Notes: generated from the sequence alone by a model not told the origin. A stretch of DNA of 64,000 nucleotides from Eledone cirrhosa (GCA_964016885.1 OZ024750.1:39990001-40054000), one strand, 5' to 3'. Shown: positions 43,376 through 57,793, counted from the first letter of the stretch. Program-made: numbers and translations.

Positions 43376-44132
43376 AGATCATTGGCTTAGGATGAACCCA
43401 GACTCGCCGAGCAAGAGCAACCGGCAGCAGAATCCAGGGTAAACGCCGAGCAAGATGGTTGGATAAAATCCATGAGCTGGGCTGATCTCGCTTGAAGGAG
43501 TGTCCACGAGAAGAAGAAGAAGAAGAAGAAGAAGAAGAAGAAGAAGAAGAAGAAGAAGAAGAAGAAGAAGAAGAAGAAGAAGAAGAAAAAAGAAGAAGAA
43601 GAAGAAGAAGAAGAAGAAGAAGAAGAAGAAGAAGAAGAAGAAGAAGAAGAAGAAGAAGAAGAAGAAGAAGAAGATAGTGGATACAATCAAATAATAAAAT
43701 TGAAATTTACATTGGTTGAATAATTTTAAAATTCATTTTTAACTTGAATTGTTTGTTCTGGTTCTCTGGACCCTCAGTTCAAATCCCACCGTGGTCAACT
43801 CTACCTTTTATAATTTCGTGGTCGATAAAATAAAGAACCCGTCCAGGAAGGGAATTGGCGGACAACATACCTTGCGGTATTGGTTCCGGTTCTTTGAGTT
43901 CTCTGTTGAAATCCCGCTGAAATCCCACTGTGACTTTTTTGTGCGTGATAGGGTGGGGTGGGGTGGGGGAGGACTGTCATCTCGCTTAGCTTTTGGCTAC
44001 TTTTACCATTTTGTTGTAAGCAGGTTTCCAGTTTTATTACCCTCCTCCCCTCAACCCACTCCATCCCACCAGTCTCAGAGTCCATGAAAATGATGGGCAC
44101 TTGCCTTTCATCCGCTCCCTAACTAAACTCTA

Positions 44133-44184
44133 AAACAACAGCAACAACAACAACACCAGCACCAGCTTCACCATCACCACCACC

Positions 44185-44216
<32 letters not shown>

Positions 44217-44706
44217 CATCACTCCCACCACCAGCACCACCACCATCACCACCACCACCACCACCACCATCACCACCACCACCACCACTACCGCCACCAC
44301 CACCAGCAGCAGCAGCAGCACCACCACCACCACCACCACCACCACCATCACCACCACCACCACCACCAGCACCACCACCACCATCACCACCACCACCACC
44401 ACCATCACCACCACCACCACCACCAGCACCACCACCACCAGCACCACCACCACCACTACCGCCACCACCACCAGCAGCAGCAGCAGCACCACCATCACCA
44501 CCACCACCACCACCACCACCACCACTACTACCACCACCACCACCAACAACAACAACAACGACAACAATATCACTCCCACCACCAGCACCACCACCATCAC
44601 CACCACCGCCACCACCACCACCACCACCACCACCACCACCAGCACCAGCACCACCACTACCACCACCACCACCAGCAGCAGCAGCAGCACCACCATCACC
44701 ACCACC

Positions 44707-44752
<46 letters not shown>

Positions 44753-44775
44753 TCACTCCCACCACCAGCACCACC

Positions 44776-44806
<31 letters not shown>

Positions 44807-45003
44807 GCACCACCACCAGCACCACCACCACCACCATCACCTCCACCACCACCACGACCAACAACAACAACAACACCACTCCCACCACCATCACCACCAC
44901 CATCGCCACCACCACCACCACCACCACCACCACCACCACCACCACCACTACCACCACCACCACCAGCAGCAGCAGCAGCAGCAGCAGCACCACCATCACC
45001 ACC

Positions 45004-45035
<32 letters not shown>

Positions 45036-45051
45036 CAGCAACATCTACCAC
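44133..45051. repeat. Compound (CCA/CAA/CAG)n trinucleotide array
   Basis: direct inspection. Confidence 0.95.
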
Positions 45052-48000
45052 ATACTGTCGCCTATATTGAGGTATCTTTGAAATGGATGTTATTTATAAA
45101 TTATAGACTAATTATTATTCTTCTGTTAGAAAATAACCATCGTTGGTGTAGCAAGACGTGATTCGCAACAACTGAATTGTGTGAACTGATCTTTTGTTTA
45201 ATATAACATTCCTGTAGAGTAGGTGAAATGCTGTCAACGGACCTCATTAAAACTAATAGTTTACGATTGCATTTCTAATGAAAAAGACGAATGCAGGCAG
45301 GAAACATGTGCGAACCTTACAGTTTGTCACCTCAGGTTAGAATTTAGCTAAGTAATTATTTCAACAAAAGATTCATAGAGTAGATTGTCGATATTTAAAT
45401 ACTGCTCATAACTGACTTTATTGAAATTTTAAAGAGAAGAAAGACATTCTTTAGAAAGCTTAATATGTCAGAAATCTTATGATCGACAGTCTTTTCATAA
45501 ATCTTCTCACACTCAACTGAATAAGCACTTAATTGTTAAGTAGATGAGAAAAATATTAAATCATATGAAAACGTCATATAATTATGAGCTTGGTTACCAA
45601 GTGTTATAAATTATGAGGTGAGGTATTATATAACTTAAATAAACAAACTGCTTGTATTTACTCGTAGCCTACATACATTTATTATCTACAATATGGCTAC
45701 TCTAAATATAAATGCCATAGTGTCTCGCATATGCAGTGTATTGAGTGGAAAACTCCCTCTGGAGGTGCTTACAATCTGAAAAAAGAAAAAATGCCCAGGA
45801 AAGTGGACTTCAATAAAATTAGCTTATCGCAGATTAGAGTAGATTGAGTCTTTCAAGTCAATAGACGTGTTTCAGACTTATTACAACTCTTCAGGGAAGC
45901 ATATTCTACTTAGTTGATAAGACTAACAATGATCAATATATACCGAAATAGAAATAACGCAGTGAACAATATGGCCGAACGGAAATGATTGAGAAAAGCG
46001 TTCTTCATACTAAACAAACGTCTGTTAATTTCACCAGTTAGCTTGAAGGACTGACCAGATCTATCCTAATCTACATTACGTATATTGTACAAAAACTTTC
46101 GATCAACAAAACTTATTGAAGTTGTCGCCCTTAATTGTTTTTTTTTTATTTTAAATATCCCTAGAGGGAGTTTTTATCTGTCAATTGCTTGGATTATCTC
46201 AGTTGATTGAAAATATATTACATTTGTGTGACGCTATCGTACTTTGAATCATTGTTTAACAAAGCAATATAGTTTATATGAAGCATTGTGAGATATATGG
46301 TTACGATTGTTTGGAGAAAGGTCAGTACTACACCCTATTTTCTTTCTTTTGAAAAAGGGTTCATAACCGCGAAATATCGTCAAATATAAATTGAAAATGT
46401 AAACTGTTGTTTTATATAAACATGTGAACTGTTCTTACTATACCTTACTCCAATTTCCACTCTTGCATTTCTAATTTGCATTGTATCGGGAGAACGTTGG
46501 ACAATATGCTTCGTGGCGTTGAGTTACGGCCCTTTACGACATGAGTTGAAATCCCGCCGAGGTTAGACTTTCCCCTCAAAATTGTTGGCTTTCTGCCTAA
46601 ATCAGAAACCATTGTTGTGATGGAACATCAACACTGATTAAATTATGACATTTTTAAAAAGTGTTCCCTTATATTTGTTAGAAAATTATTTCTCATCTTC
46701 TTCAACAAATATCAAACGCTCCCACTTTCTATAGCAGGGGTAGACAAACTTTATTGGGGTCGTGTAGGGTTAGAAATGGTTTATGTCTGACGGACCAAGG
46801 CGAATAAAGAATTGTGATTATATCAGGCTGTAGAAATAGCTTTTGTTTTTGTATTACTTTAATGTTTTTAATGATAAGCGTCCCTGGAGGGTGTTTGGAG
46901 TAACGTTACTCGATAGACTCTGTAGCTCGAACATCAGAGAAACACTCCAGGTAGTCACTACTTCTCTGAATTGAGAAATCACAGCTCCGATACTACATGG
47001 GCAAGTGGTTAGTAGGTCAAGGGAAGAAGAAGAAGAAGAAGTGTTTAACGTTGAATGAGATCAATCTTTTTTAACGGTGATATAAAGACTGACGAAAAAC
47101 GCAGGCGTTTCTTAAAACCACGTCATTCATCTGAGACAAACTGTGGCACTATCTCTGGTGCTAACCTCAACATTGCACACGGGGTCACACGGGGTCACAA
47201 ACCCGACATTGCACACGGGGAACTTCACGGGGTGGAATGGCTTATGCAGCGGGTATCACTGGCAGGACTTCGCGCCAATGTTTTCGCTATCTTGTCTGCA
47301 GGTGCAAGGAAACAAATATCGCTGGCTGGGTTTACGGCCAAACCCAACCGGCTGGAGACAGGGGGGTAGACCCCGAACAAGATGGTCGGATAACATCTAT
47401 AAGCTCGGCTGGTCTCGCTTGGGGATCCAGCCGGATCAATTGGAGACGGTTGCCAAGGGTGTAGAAATTGCTCCTTCCTCGGGTTGCCCCATTTCATTTT
47501 TCTCGCTTTTTCTTTGTTTCTTTCTTTGTAAATTGTATTTTTAATGAATTATTATTCTTTAAAAAAAAGGAAATTATATTAATAAAAATATTTCTTTTGC
47601 CTAGTCAGAACAAGTTCAGAAAATATACAAAGTTGTTTAAACAAAAACAAAACACTATTTAAAAAAAAAACAAAAAAAAAAACAAGAAATGAAAAGTAGG
47701 AAAAGAAAAAAAGAATTAAGCAACGAAAGAAAGGGAGAAGAGGGGACAGACATATCCCAGTCTGAGCAGTATTACAGCTGCACCCCGTGGATAGGGTAAA
47801 GGCATTACGGCAACAGCCACCCCACCCCACAGGAGTCCTTCTTCAAGCGGGCTGCTGTCTTTCCGATTTTATGGAAGAAATCAACAGTTTAGGTGACCAA
47901 GGACACCAGAGGTCTGTACAGAATAAAGTATGTGAACGAATTATAACAGTGAAAATAACACAATACTAGAGTTGTAACAATACTAAGAGATTTGGTGGGT

Positions 48001-48099
48001 GGAAAGAAACTCCCTATCTAAAATAGTTAATAACTTTATTAATTATTGGTCGATTTTCATAAAACATGTTTTATTTTGAAAAGTAATAATGGTAGAAAT

Positions 48100-48470
48100 A
48101 CAGTACAAAACTCTACATAGACACCAGTGTTGTCCACCAGTGTTTGTAATCATCTGGCTATATCCTCCATTGACTTCATCAGGAACTCAGGCCGTATGTT
48201 GGTTCGTACATGATGAATGTGTTCCTCCAATTACGTCAGCGTTTTGGATTTTGAGCTATAACATTCTTGCTTCTCCCCACCCCAAGGTGTTAAGTCAGGG
48301 CTTCTTGCTGGTCATTCCTGTGGGCCTCGACGACCCAACCAACGTCCTGGAATTTGGATGTCAAGCCACTCACGGACAGTGCGTGCAAGAGGTGAGGTGT
48401 GGCCCCATCTTGTACGAATATGAGGCCATATATGCTGTCCTAAGTGGTCACAGTAGGCCAAACGTTGTAA
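48100..48470 (-). pseudogene. Tc1/mariner superfamily transposase remnant, DD41D-like
   Basis: LIFVQDGATPH/ARTVREWLDIQIPGRWLGRRGPQE*PARSPDLTP..KQECYSSKSKTL..LVDNTGVYVE. Confidence 0.8.
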
Positions 48471-48959
48471 TTTTCAATAGGGAGTCCCCCCCCCCCTCCC
48501 TGTATAATGTGACAAAGCGAACATTGTTTTAGTTTGATACCAGTTAGGATTAATTTGTGGTGTTATGAATGTGGAAGTATTTTTGTTGGTGGTAGGGCAG
48601 TTATTGACAAATGTTTGGCAGAAAAATGCTGTACCGCTGAAATTTCTAGCATTTTCTCTAGTTTATATAACAATTTGGTAGCTTAACAACTGAGCAGGAG
48701 ACGGTGAGCCATAGACACGCAGCCATTTTATTTTCTATTAATATAAAGCGATGATTTATTTCAGGCAACTGCGAAAAGAATAGAAGCGGCCGAAATAGGA
48801 TTCCTCCGAATGAGGTTCTAACGTTATTCAATAGGAAATCTCGTATCTCTGAGATCAGGGAGGCGCTCCAGATAGAGCTGCTACTTCCCACCCTCTTCAA
48901 TGTATTCACAAGCTCCGCATCGAGGGTCCCCGCATTCCTTAATTTGCCTTGTTTCATTA

Positions 48960-49485
48960 TCAGACATAAATTTTGCCTTGGTTAGCATTTTCTTTTAGGT
49001 TGGGTGCTTGGCGTCTACTATATATTATTTGTGAGTCTTTTATGAGTGCATTCATTTTAGGGGAATGTTGAAGAATGGGGAGATATTGTTTAGCGGCTTT
49101 CACAATGTTGAAGTTCCTTGGATTGTGAGTGATGACAAAAGGGATAACCGTTTTTTCCATTTTATTTTGTTGCTTTGTTTTTCTCAGTGTTGTCACTGGA
49201 TGTTCTGGGCTTTGGCGATGATCGTATTGATGAGGTTCACCGGATATTCTTGTCTTTTAAGGAACTCTTTTAGTTCATATAATCTTTTTTCCTGTAGTGT
49301 GGGGTGTGTTACTATGGTGCAAATTCGTCTTGCCATGTTAAAGGGAATGTTCCTTTTGGTAAGTGAGGAGTGTGCTGTTCGGAAATTCAAGTATTGGTGT
49401 GTGTCTGTTGGTTTGTAAAATAGGTCTGTTTTGATATTTTCCCCTTCTTTAACGATAAGAATATCCAGAAACGCTAGTTCCTTTT

Positions 49486-49486
<1 letters not shown>
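48960..49486 (-). pseudogene. Neptune-type Penelope-like RT thumb and linker remnant, 5'-truncated at (TA)n
   Basis: ELAFLDILI..TDLFYKPTDTHQYLNFRTAH..KRNIPFNMARRICTIV..YP; then IPFVITHNP..YSRRQAPNL. Confidence 0.85.
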
Positions 49487-49555
<69 letters not shown>

Positions 49556-49578
49556 GTACATCTTCATTTTATTATCTA

Positions 49579-49651
49579 ATTCATTATACGTATTTCAACG
49601 ATACAAAGGTAGCTATATAATAACCACTTTACACGTTTTCTTCAGATGAAT
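49579..49651 (-). ncRNA. Type I hammerhead
   Basis: minus: attcat CTGAAGA a-aacg...cgtt GAAA tacgt ATA atgaat; palindromic ATACGTAT stem III. Confidence 0.85.
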
Positions 49652-49832
49652 CGAGATGTGTTTTTCTATCCATTGATATGCTACTGGTTTAACATGTCGT
49701 TAACCTCGCAGTCCAGTACTCATATATCCAAGACCCCCAACATACAATTGATGGAGGAAAATTTTCTCCCGTTCTTGCTTGCCTCTTTTTATAAGTACCC
49801 CTTATCCAGCAACTACACAGCCCGTTTATTCT

Positions 49833-49867
<35 letters not shown>

Positions 49868-49871
<4 letters not shown>

Positions 49872-50280
49872 AATGTAATCTGAGTTTTTCGAATATTAAT
49901 AATAACATTCGATTCGTTTGCAATTTTGCAAACAAGCCTCAATTTTATAGCCATGTCAGTAGAATGAACACTTCATTCTTGCTCTTGTGTTGGCATGCGA
50001 ACAGAACTGCAGACACTAATGTTTCTGGGTTTCACTAGCTCTGACAGTTTGGCAGGTGAACAGTGAGCTGTACTGATGAAGGGTGACACCCAGAAACATT
50101 AGTGTCTGCAGTTCTGTTCGCATGTCAACACAAGAGCAAGAATGAAGTTTTCATTCTACTGACATGGCTATAAAATTGAGTCTTGTTTGCAAAATTGCAA
50201 ACGAATCGAATGTTATTATTAATATTCGAAAAACTCAGATTACATTTATTGTATTCAGCCATGTAGAGCGAAATTTTCTT
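49868..50280 (+). mobile_element. Fold-back PLE-like element in (TA)n with ~160-bp inverted arms
   Basis: 49868-50030 is the reverse complement of 50088-50250. Confidence 0.8.
50065..50114 (+). ncRNA. Type I hammerhead, canonical core
   Basis: gagctgta CTGATGA a-gggt-gac-accc-a GAAA cattagt GTC tgcagttc; 8-bp stem I. Confidence 0.9.
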
Positions 50281-50868
50281 ATATATATATATATATATAT
50301 TAATGAGGTACGGTTTGCCCACGAGCCCAGGGGGTTTCAGCTTGTAACATCTGAAATCTTCTTCAGGCCACACTAATATACTCACTCTGTATCATACATC
50401 GAGTACTCTTCTGATTTCTAATTAAATGTTTTATTAAAAGACACCGAAGGAGATCATTAGTTCTGTTTGTTAAACAGAACTAATTCATGTTGTGTCTAAA
50501 GTGCAGCCAAGAAAACCTGTAAGATTACTATTCCTATATTGAATATTTCATGACAGATGTAGTTAGCTTGAAGGACTCAATACGGGGGAACCTCGGTTCA
50601 TGAACATAAACTGTATCGGTTCACGAATGGTGTCTCGAGTAACGAACACGTAAGCCGGCAACAACGGTTGGATTATCAGCGGGAAAGCATCACTTGCTGT
50701 GTAGTTAGTTACTATGGTGATATCTATCACTTTCACACACAGTCTCTCTCTGGAAGAAATCTGTTGTACTCAAACCTGGAGAGTTCCGCCAGGTTTTAAA
50801 AAAGCCCAAGAAACGCCATATATCAGTACGGTGTCCCTACAACTCCATAAGGAGTTACGGGTATTAAA

Positions 50869-51034
50869 CCGTATTTCCCGGCGCCGAAGACGCTTCGCCC
50901 TCGAGGACGCACCCTAATTTTGACAAAACAAAAAAAAAATAATAATAATAAACAACCTTCGGCCTCCAGGTCACATGGTAGATTTTTCAGACTTATTTTA
51001 GGAAAGAAGTAGCGACTTCGACGCCGGGAAATAC
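50869..51034. mobile_element. MITE with ~23-bp TIRs (pogo/Tc2-like CCGTATTT end)
   Basis: CCGTATTTCCCGGCGCCGAAGACGC ... GCGACTTCGACGCCGGGAAATAC. Confidence 0.65.
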
Positions 51035-51486
51035 TTCTCAACCAGGCCAGCGGGGCAATCTTTCCTCTTTTAATAATGAATTGTATAACCACTTTACACG
51101 TTGTATTGTGAGCAACACAAGCGGCCCCATTTGACTGGGGAGTTAATTATCGAATGTTTTCTGAAAATGACATTACTATCGTTCACCCCTCGTTAATTTT
51201 CAGCAGACTGGCGCCATTTAAATAGCTCGCGTCAGACGTAGACGATTTCTATGCCACTCCAGCTTGAGACACGATAACTGAGTTTCTTTCAACAGGACAC
51301 TCCGAAGAAACAGAATTCTACTTCATTGACTCTAGTCACGAACAATAAACAAGTTTTCAACATCGAATGATTGGCAGTAATTCTGTCATCAAAACAATAA
51401 TTACTGCCAGCTAGACGTGTTCTTCTATGCCTTTTATACAATACTTCATACCCTATTGAAATAGTCAGGCTTGTATAGAACCGACG

Positions 51487-51715
51487 CCTGGGTATTTAGC
51501 GTCCTAGACTAGTCCTGCAATATGTACCTGGGTATTAAGCAGCCTAGACAAACCCTACAATATGTGATTGGGTATTTAGCACCCTAGACAAGCTCTACAA
51601 TGTGTACCTGGGTATTTAGCGTCCTAGACTAGTTCTGCAATATGAACCTGGGTATTTAGCACCCTAGACAAGCCCTACAATGTTTATCTGGGTATTTAGC
51701 ACCCTAGACTAGTTC
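51487..51715. repeat. 40-bp minisatellite, ~6 copies
   Basis: unit CTGGGTATTTAGCACCCTAGACAAGCCCTACAATGTGTAC. Confidence 0.85.
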
Positions 51716-51989
51716 AGTAGTGAAAACACACCTGTGGCCCTGAGCAGTCTGTTAGTCAGTGTCACCTTAGCTGAGCAATGAAAAACACATCAGCCCCAGT
51801 ATTTCACTGGTACTTTAATTATCGTCCCCGGAAGGTTGAAAGTTAAAGTTGAAGACGGCGAGATTTGAACTCAGAATGTAAAGAGTCAGAATAAATATGG
51901 TAATGACATTTTATCGGACGCTCTACTAATTCTGCCAACCCACCGTCCTTGCATGTACCCCGTAAGTCTTGAGGGAGTCCTATTGACAG

Positions 51990-54900
51990 GCAGCATTTCT
52001 AAGACATTTTAAAATCTGCTGCCTTCTAACCATCTCCTCTCCAGGTTAGAAAACAGCAGATTTCTTCCAGAGAAGGAGAGAAAATAAGAGAAAGGAAGTG
52101 AGAAAGAGATATAGAGGGAGAATTGACCCCAGTATCTGACTGGTTCTTTTTTATCCCACCATGAATGGGTGAAAGGCAAAGTTGACCTCAGTGGGATTTG
52201 AACTTAGAGATCAGAAAGCTGAATCAAACACTGCAAAGCATTCTATCTGACTTTCTAACGACTCTACCATTCTATCTGACGTTCTAACCACTCTGCCATT
52301 CTATCTGACTTTCTAACGACTCTACCATTCTATCTGACGTTCTAACAACTCTGCCATTCTATCTGACCTTCTAACGACTCTACCATTCTATCTGACGTTC
52401 TAACTACTCTGCCATTCTATCTGACGTTCTAACCACTCTACCATTCTATCAGACGTTCTAACCACTCTACCATTCTATCTGACGTTCTAACCACTCTACC
52501 ATTCTATCTGACGTTCTAACGATTCTACCATTCTATCTGACGTTCTAACGACTCTACCATTCTATCTGACGTTCTAACCACTCTACCATTCTATCTGACG
52601 TTCTAACCACTCTATCATTCTATCTGACGTTCTAACAACTCTGCCATTCTATCTGACCTTCTAACGACTCTACCATTCTATCTGACGTTCTAACTACTCT
52701 GCCATTCTATCTGACGTTCTAACAACTCTGCCATTCTATCTGACCTTCTAACGTCTCTACCATTCTATCTGACGTTCTAACTACTCTGCCATTCTATCTG
52801 ACGTTCTAACCACTCTACCATTCTATCAGACGTTCTAACCACTCTACCATTCTATCTGACGTTCTAACCACTCTACCATTCTATCTGACGTTCTAACGAT
52901 TCTACCATTCTATCTGACGTTCTAACGACTCTACCATTCTATCTGACGTTCTAACCACTCTACCATTCTATCTGACGTTCTAACCACTCTACCATTCTAT
53001 CTGACGTTCTAACCACTCTGCCATTCTATCTGACGTTCTAACGACTCTACCATTCTATCTGACGTTCTAACTACTCTGCCATTCTATCTGACGTTCTAAC
53101 CACTCTACCATTCTATCAGACGTTCTAACCACTCTACCATTCTATCTGACGTTCTAACCACTCTAGCATTCTATCTGACGTTCTAACCACTCTACCATTC
53201 TATCTGACGTTCTAACGACTCTACCATTCTATCTGACGTTCTAACCACTCTACCATTCTATCTGACGTTCTAACCACTCTACCATTCTATCTGACGTTCT
53301 AACCACTCTGCCATTCTATCTGACGTTCTAACGACTCTACCATTCTATCTGACGTTCTAACCACTCTACCATTCTATCTGACCTTCTAACCACTCTACCA
53401 TTCTATCAGACGTTCTAACCACTCTACCATTCTATCTGACCGTCTAACAACTCTACCATTCTATCTGACGTTCTAACCACTCTACCATTCTATCTGACGT
53501 TCTAACCACTCTGCCATTCTATCTGACGTTCTAACTACTCTACCATTCTATCTGACGTTCTAACCACTCTACCATTCTATCTGACCTTCTAACCACTCTA
53601 CCATTCTATCAGACGTTCTAACCACTCTACCATTCTATCTGACCGTCTAACCACTCTACCATTCTATCTGACCGTCTAACAACTCTACCATTCTATCTGA
53701 CGTTCTAACCACTCTACCATTCTATCAGACGTTCTAACAACTCTACCATTCTATCAGACGTTCTAACCACTCTACCATTCTATCTGACGTTCTAACCACT
53801 CGACCATTCTATCTGACGTTCTAACCACTCTGCCATTCTATTTGACGTTCTAACCACTCTGCCATTCTATCTGACGTTCTAACCACTTTGCCATTCTATC
53901 TGACGTTCTAACGACTCTACCATTCTATCTGACGTTCTAACCACTTTGCCATTCTATCTGATGTTCTAACCACTCTGCCATTCTATCTGACGTTCTAACC
54001 ACTCTACCATTCTATCTGACGTTCTAACCACTTTGCCATTCTATCTGACGTTCTAACGACTCTACCATTCTATCTGACGTTCTAACCACTTTGCCATTCT
54101 ATCTGATGTTCTAACCACTCTACCATTCTATCTGACGTTCTAACCACTCTACCATTCTATCTGACCTTCTAACCACTCTACCATTCTATCAGACGTTCTA
54201 ACCACTCTACCATTCTATCTGACCTTCTAACCACTCTACCATTCTATCTGACGTTCTAACCACTCTACCATTCTATCTGACGTTCTAACCACTCTACCAT
54301 TCTATCTGACCTTCTAACCACTCTACCATTCTATCTGACGTTCTAACCACTCTGCCATTCTATCTGACGTTCTAACCACTCTACCATTCTATCTGACGTT
54401 CTAACCACTCTACCATTCTATCTGACGTTCTAACCACTCTACCATTCTATCTGATGTTCTAACCACTCTACCATTCTATCTGACCTTCTAACCACTCTAC
54501 CATTCTATCTAACATTCTAACCACTCTACCATTCTATCTGACGTTCTAACCACTCTGCCATTCTATCTGACCTTCTAACCACTCTACCATTCTATCTGAC
54601 GTTCTAACCACTCTACCATTCTATCTGACGTTCTAACCACTCTACCATTCTATCTGACGTTCTAACCACTCTACCATTCTATCTGACGTTCTAACCACTC
54701 TACCATTCTATCTGACCTTCTAACCACTCTACCATTCTATCTGACGTTCTAACCACTCTGCCATTCTATCTGACCTTCTAACCACTCTACCATTCTATCT
54801 GACGTTCTAACCACTCTACCATTCTATCTGACGTTCTAACCACTCTACCATTCTATCTGACGTTCTAACCACTCTACCATTCTATCTGATGTTCTAACCA

Positions 54901-55588
54901 CTCTACCATTCTATCTGACCTTCTAACCACTCTACCATTCTATCTAACATTCTAACCACTCTACCATTCTATCTGACGTTCTAACCACTCTGCCATTCTA
55001 TCTGACCTTCTAACCACTCTACCATTCTATCTGACGTTCTAACCACTCTACCATTCTATCTGACGTTCTAACCACTCTACCATTCTATCTGACCTTCTAA
55101 CCACTCTACCATTCTATCTGACGTTCTAACCACTCTACCATTCTATCTGACCTTCTAACCACTCTACCATTCTATCTGACGTTCTAACCACTCTGCCATT
55201 CTATCTGACCTTCTAACCACTCTACCATTCTATCTGACGTTCTAACCACTCTACCATTCTATCTGACGTTCTAACCACTCTACCATTCTATCTGACCTTC
55301 TAACCACTCTACCATTCTATCTGACGTTCTAACCACTCTACCATTCTATCTGACGTTCTAACCACTCTACCATTCTATCTGACGTTCTAACCACTCTACC
55401 ATTCTATCTGACGTTCTAACCACTCTACCATTCTATCTGACCTTCTAACCACTCTACCATTCTATCTGACCTTCTAACCACTCTACCATTCTATCTGACC
55501 TTCTAACCACTCTACCATTCTATCTGACGTTCTAACCACTCTACCATTCTATCTGACCTTCTAACCCCTCTACCAATTCGTCGCCTCC
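51990..55588 (-). mobile_element. SINE with a 29-bp head segment amplified ~115x (array 52239-55575)
   Basis: SINE body leads into the unit CATTCTATCTGACGTTCTAACCACTCTAC; the array ends in the SINE 5' end CCAATTCGTCGCCT. Confidence 0.92.
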
Positions 55589-55808
55589 CACCACTCTTAA
55601 CAGGAGATAGTAACATTTAAATAATATATAATATTTACATTAAAAACAATGTATTTTTTTGTTCTTTAGCAGAGGTTTGTGTCGTTGTCTACTGCAGGCA
55701 AATATTGTGAAAACATTTAAAACTGTCTACATGAAATAATGTTACGAATATTTATAGAAGTAGGTCATATACCACGCAACTGCTCGCATACACACGCCCC
55801 CCCCTCCC

Positions 55809-55899
<91 letters not shown>

Positions 55900-55992
55900 T
55901 ATACTTATAAACAATGAGGTAATCCCAGATGAAAATCTCAACATTTAAACACACATAAACACGCAGGCAAGTACACACACACACGCATACAC

Positions 55993-56049
<57 letters not shown>

Positions 56050-56074
56050 CTCTCTATATATACATATATATGAG

Positions 56075-57015
56075 AAGGTCATTCAGATGAACACAGGGCC
56101 CTGGGAGGGCCTCACAGCTGACCAACCAAGATGGAGAAATACCCTAAATAAACACCTCAAATCAGGGGAGGAGAGTTTGACGACAGTAGACAGGAGAGCC
56201 CGATGAAAAGAGGGCAATAAATCCAACAGACCAGATGTGTTCAATGTGACAGAGACTGTCATTCACGTATAGGTCTGTTTAGCTACCGGAGACACTGCTC
56301 CAGCTGAGCTGACACTGTCACTCACGTATAGGTCTGTTTAGTCACCAGAGACACTGCTCCAGCTGAGGCTGACACTGTCACTCACGTATAGGTCTGTTTA
56401 GCTACCGGAGACACTGCTCCAGCTGAGCTGACACTGTCACTCACGTATAGGTCTGTTTAGCTACCGGAGGCACTGCTCCAGCTGAGGCTGACACTGTCAC
56501 TCACGTATAGGTCTGTTTAGCTACCGGAGGCACTGCTCCAGCTGAGCTGACACTGTCACTCACGTATAGGTCTGTTTAGTCACCAGAGACACTGCTCCAG
56601 CTGAGGCTGACACTGTCACTCACGTATAGGTCTGTTTAGCTACCGGAGACACTGCTCCAGCTGAGCTGACACTGTCACTCACGTATAGGTCTGTTTAGCT
56701 ACCGGAGGCACTGCTCCAGCTGAGGCTGACACTGTCACTCACGTATAGGTCTGTTTAGCTACCGGAGGCACTGCTCCAGCTGAGGCTGACACTGTCACTC
56801 ACGTATAGGTCTGTTTAGTCACCAGAGACACTGCTCCAGCTGAGGCTGACACTGTCACTCACGTATAGGTCTGTTTAGCTACCGGAGACACTGCTCCAGC
56901 TGAGGCTGACACTGTCACTCACGTATAGGTCTGTTTAGCTACCGGAGGCACTGCTCCAGCTGAGCTGACAACAGGGTACTACCTATAGTCAGCTCTGACC
57001 GAAGGAGGTCTTAAA
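56075..57015 (+). mobile_element. RTE-like LINE 3' end with a 59/60-bp array (~12 copies, 56255-56969)
   Basis: WEGLTADQPRWRNTL..CVQCDRDCHSRIGLFSYRRHC; the unit is the CHSRIGLFS..HC segment. Confidence 0.8.
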
Positions 57016-57016
57016 C

Positions 57017-57068
<52 letters not shown>

Positions 57069-57507
57069 AAAGTTTTATTTAAAATTGTTGGGTTACAACG
57101 AGTAAATATTTTATAACTGATATAAAGCACTCAACAAGTTTTGGAGTAGATATACGATATTAAACAAATGGAAACTATATTTATAAAACCATATTTATTT
57201 CATTATACATATTTCAGGGATACCATATTAGAAATATGGCATGCCTTCTTCAGATAAAATACAATATATAAGCAGTTTTATAAATAAATTTGACGTACCA
57301 TAAATATTGTTCAACTTCCATTTAAAAAAGTTGGTTTGGTAGTGAGATGTTTGTAAATATTTAGTGTTAAGCACAGTTAAAAAGAAAGACGGAGAGAAGG
57401 AATAAATGTATGTAAAGAAAAACAGAGAGAGATAGAGAGAGATATGGGAGAGAGAAATAGTGAGGGGGTGAAAAAATGAGAGGCAGCTATATATATATAT
57501 ATATATA

Positions 57508-57702
57508 TAGTGGTAGAACACTGGAAGGTAATATCCGTAGTGGTAGAGCACTCAGTCCATGGGACGAGTTAGGTAGAAGTGGTTACACAACAGTTAGTTC
57601 ACTATACCGAGAACAATTGTTTCACCTTCATAATTACGAGCTGAGGATCCGTTAAGGTCAAACAATTGTTCTCGGTATGGTGAACTAACTGTTGTGTAAC
57701 CA

Positions 57703-57705
<3 letters not shown>
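57508..57705 (-). mobile_element. Fold-back PLE-like element with hammerhead at 57637-57674 (+)
   Basis: arms 57577-57628 and 57655-57705; cgag CTGAGGA tcc-gttaa-ggt (C)AAA caatt GTT ctcg. Confidence 0.75.

Positions 57706-57793
<88 letters not shown>

Noticed and set aside
44119-45051. 310-aa glycine-rich ORF
   Set aside because: Pure trinucleotide array open in several frames; no evidence of a gene
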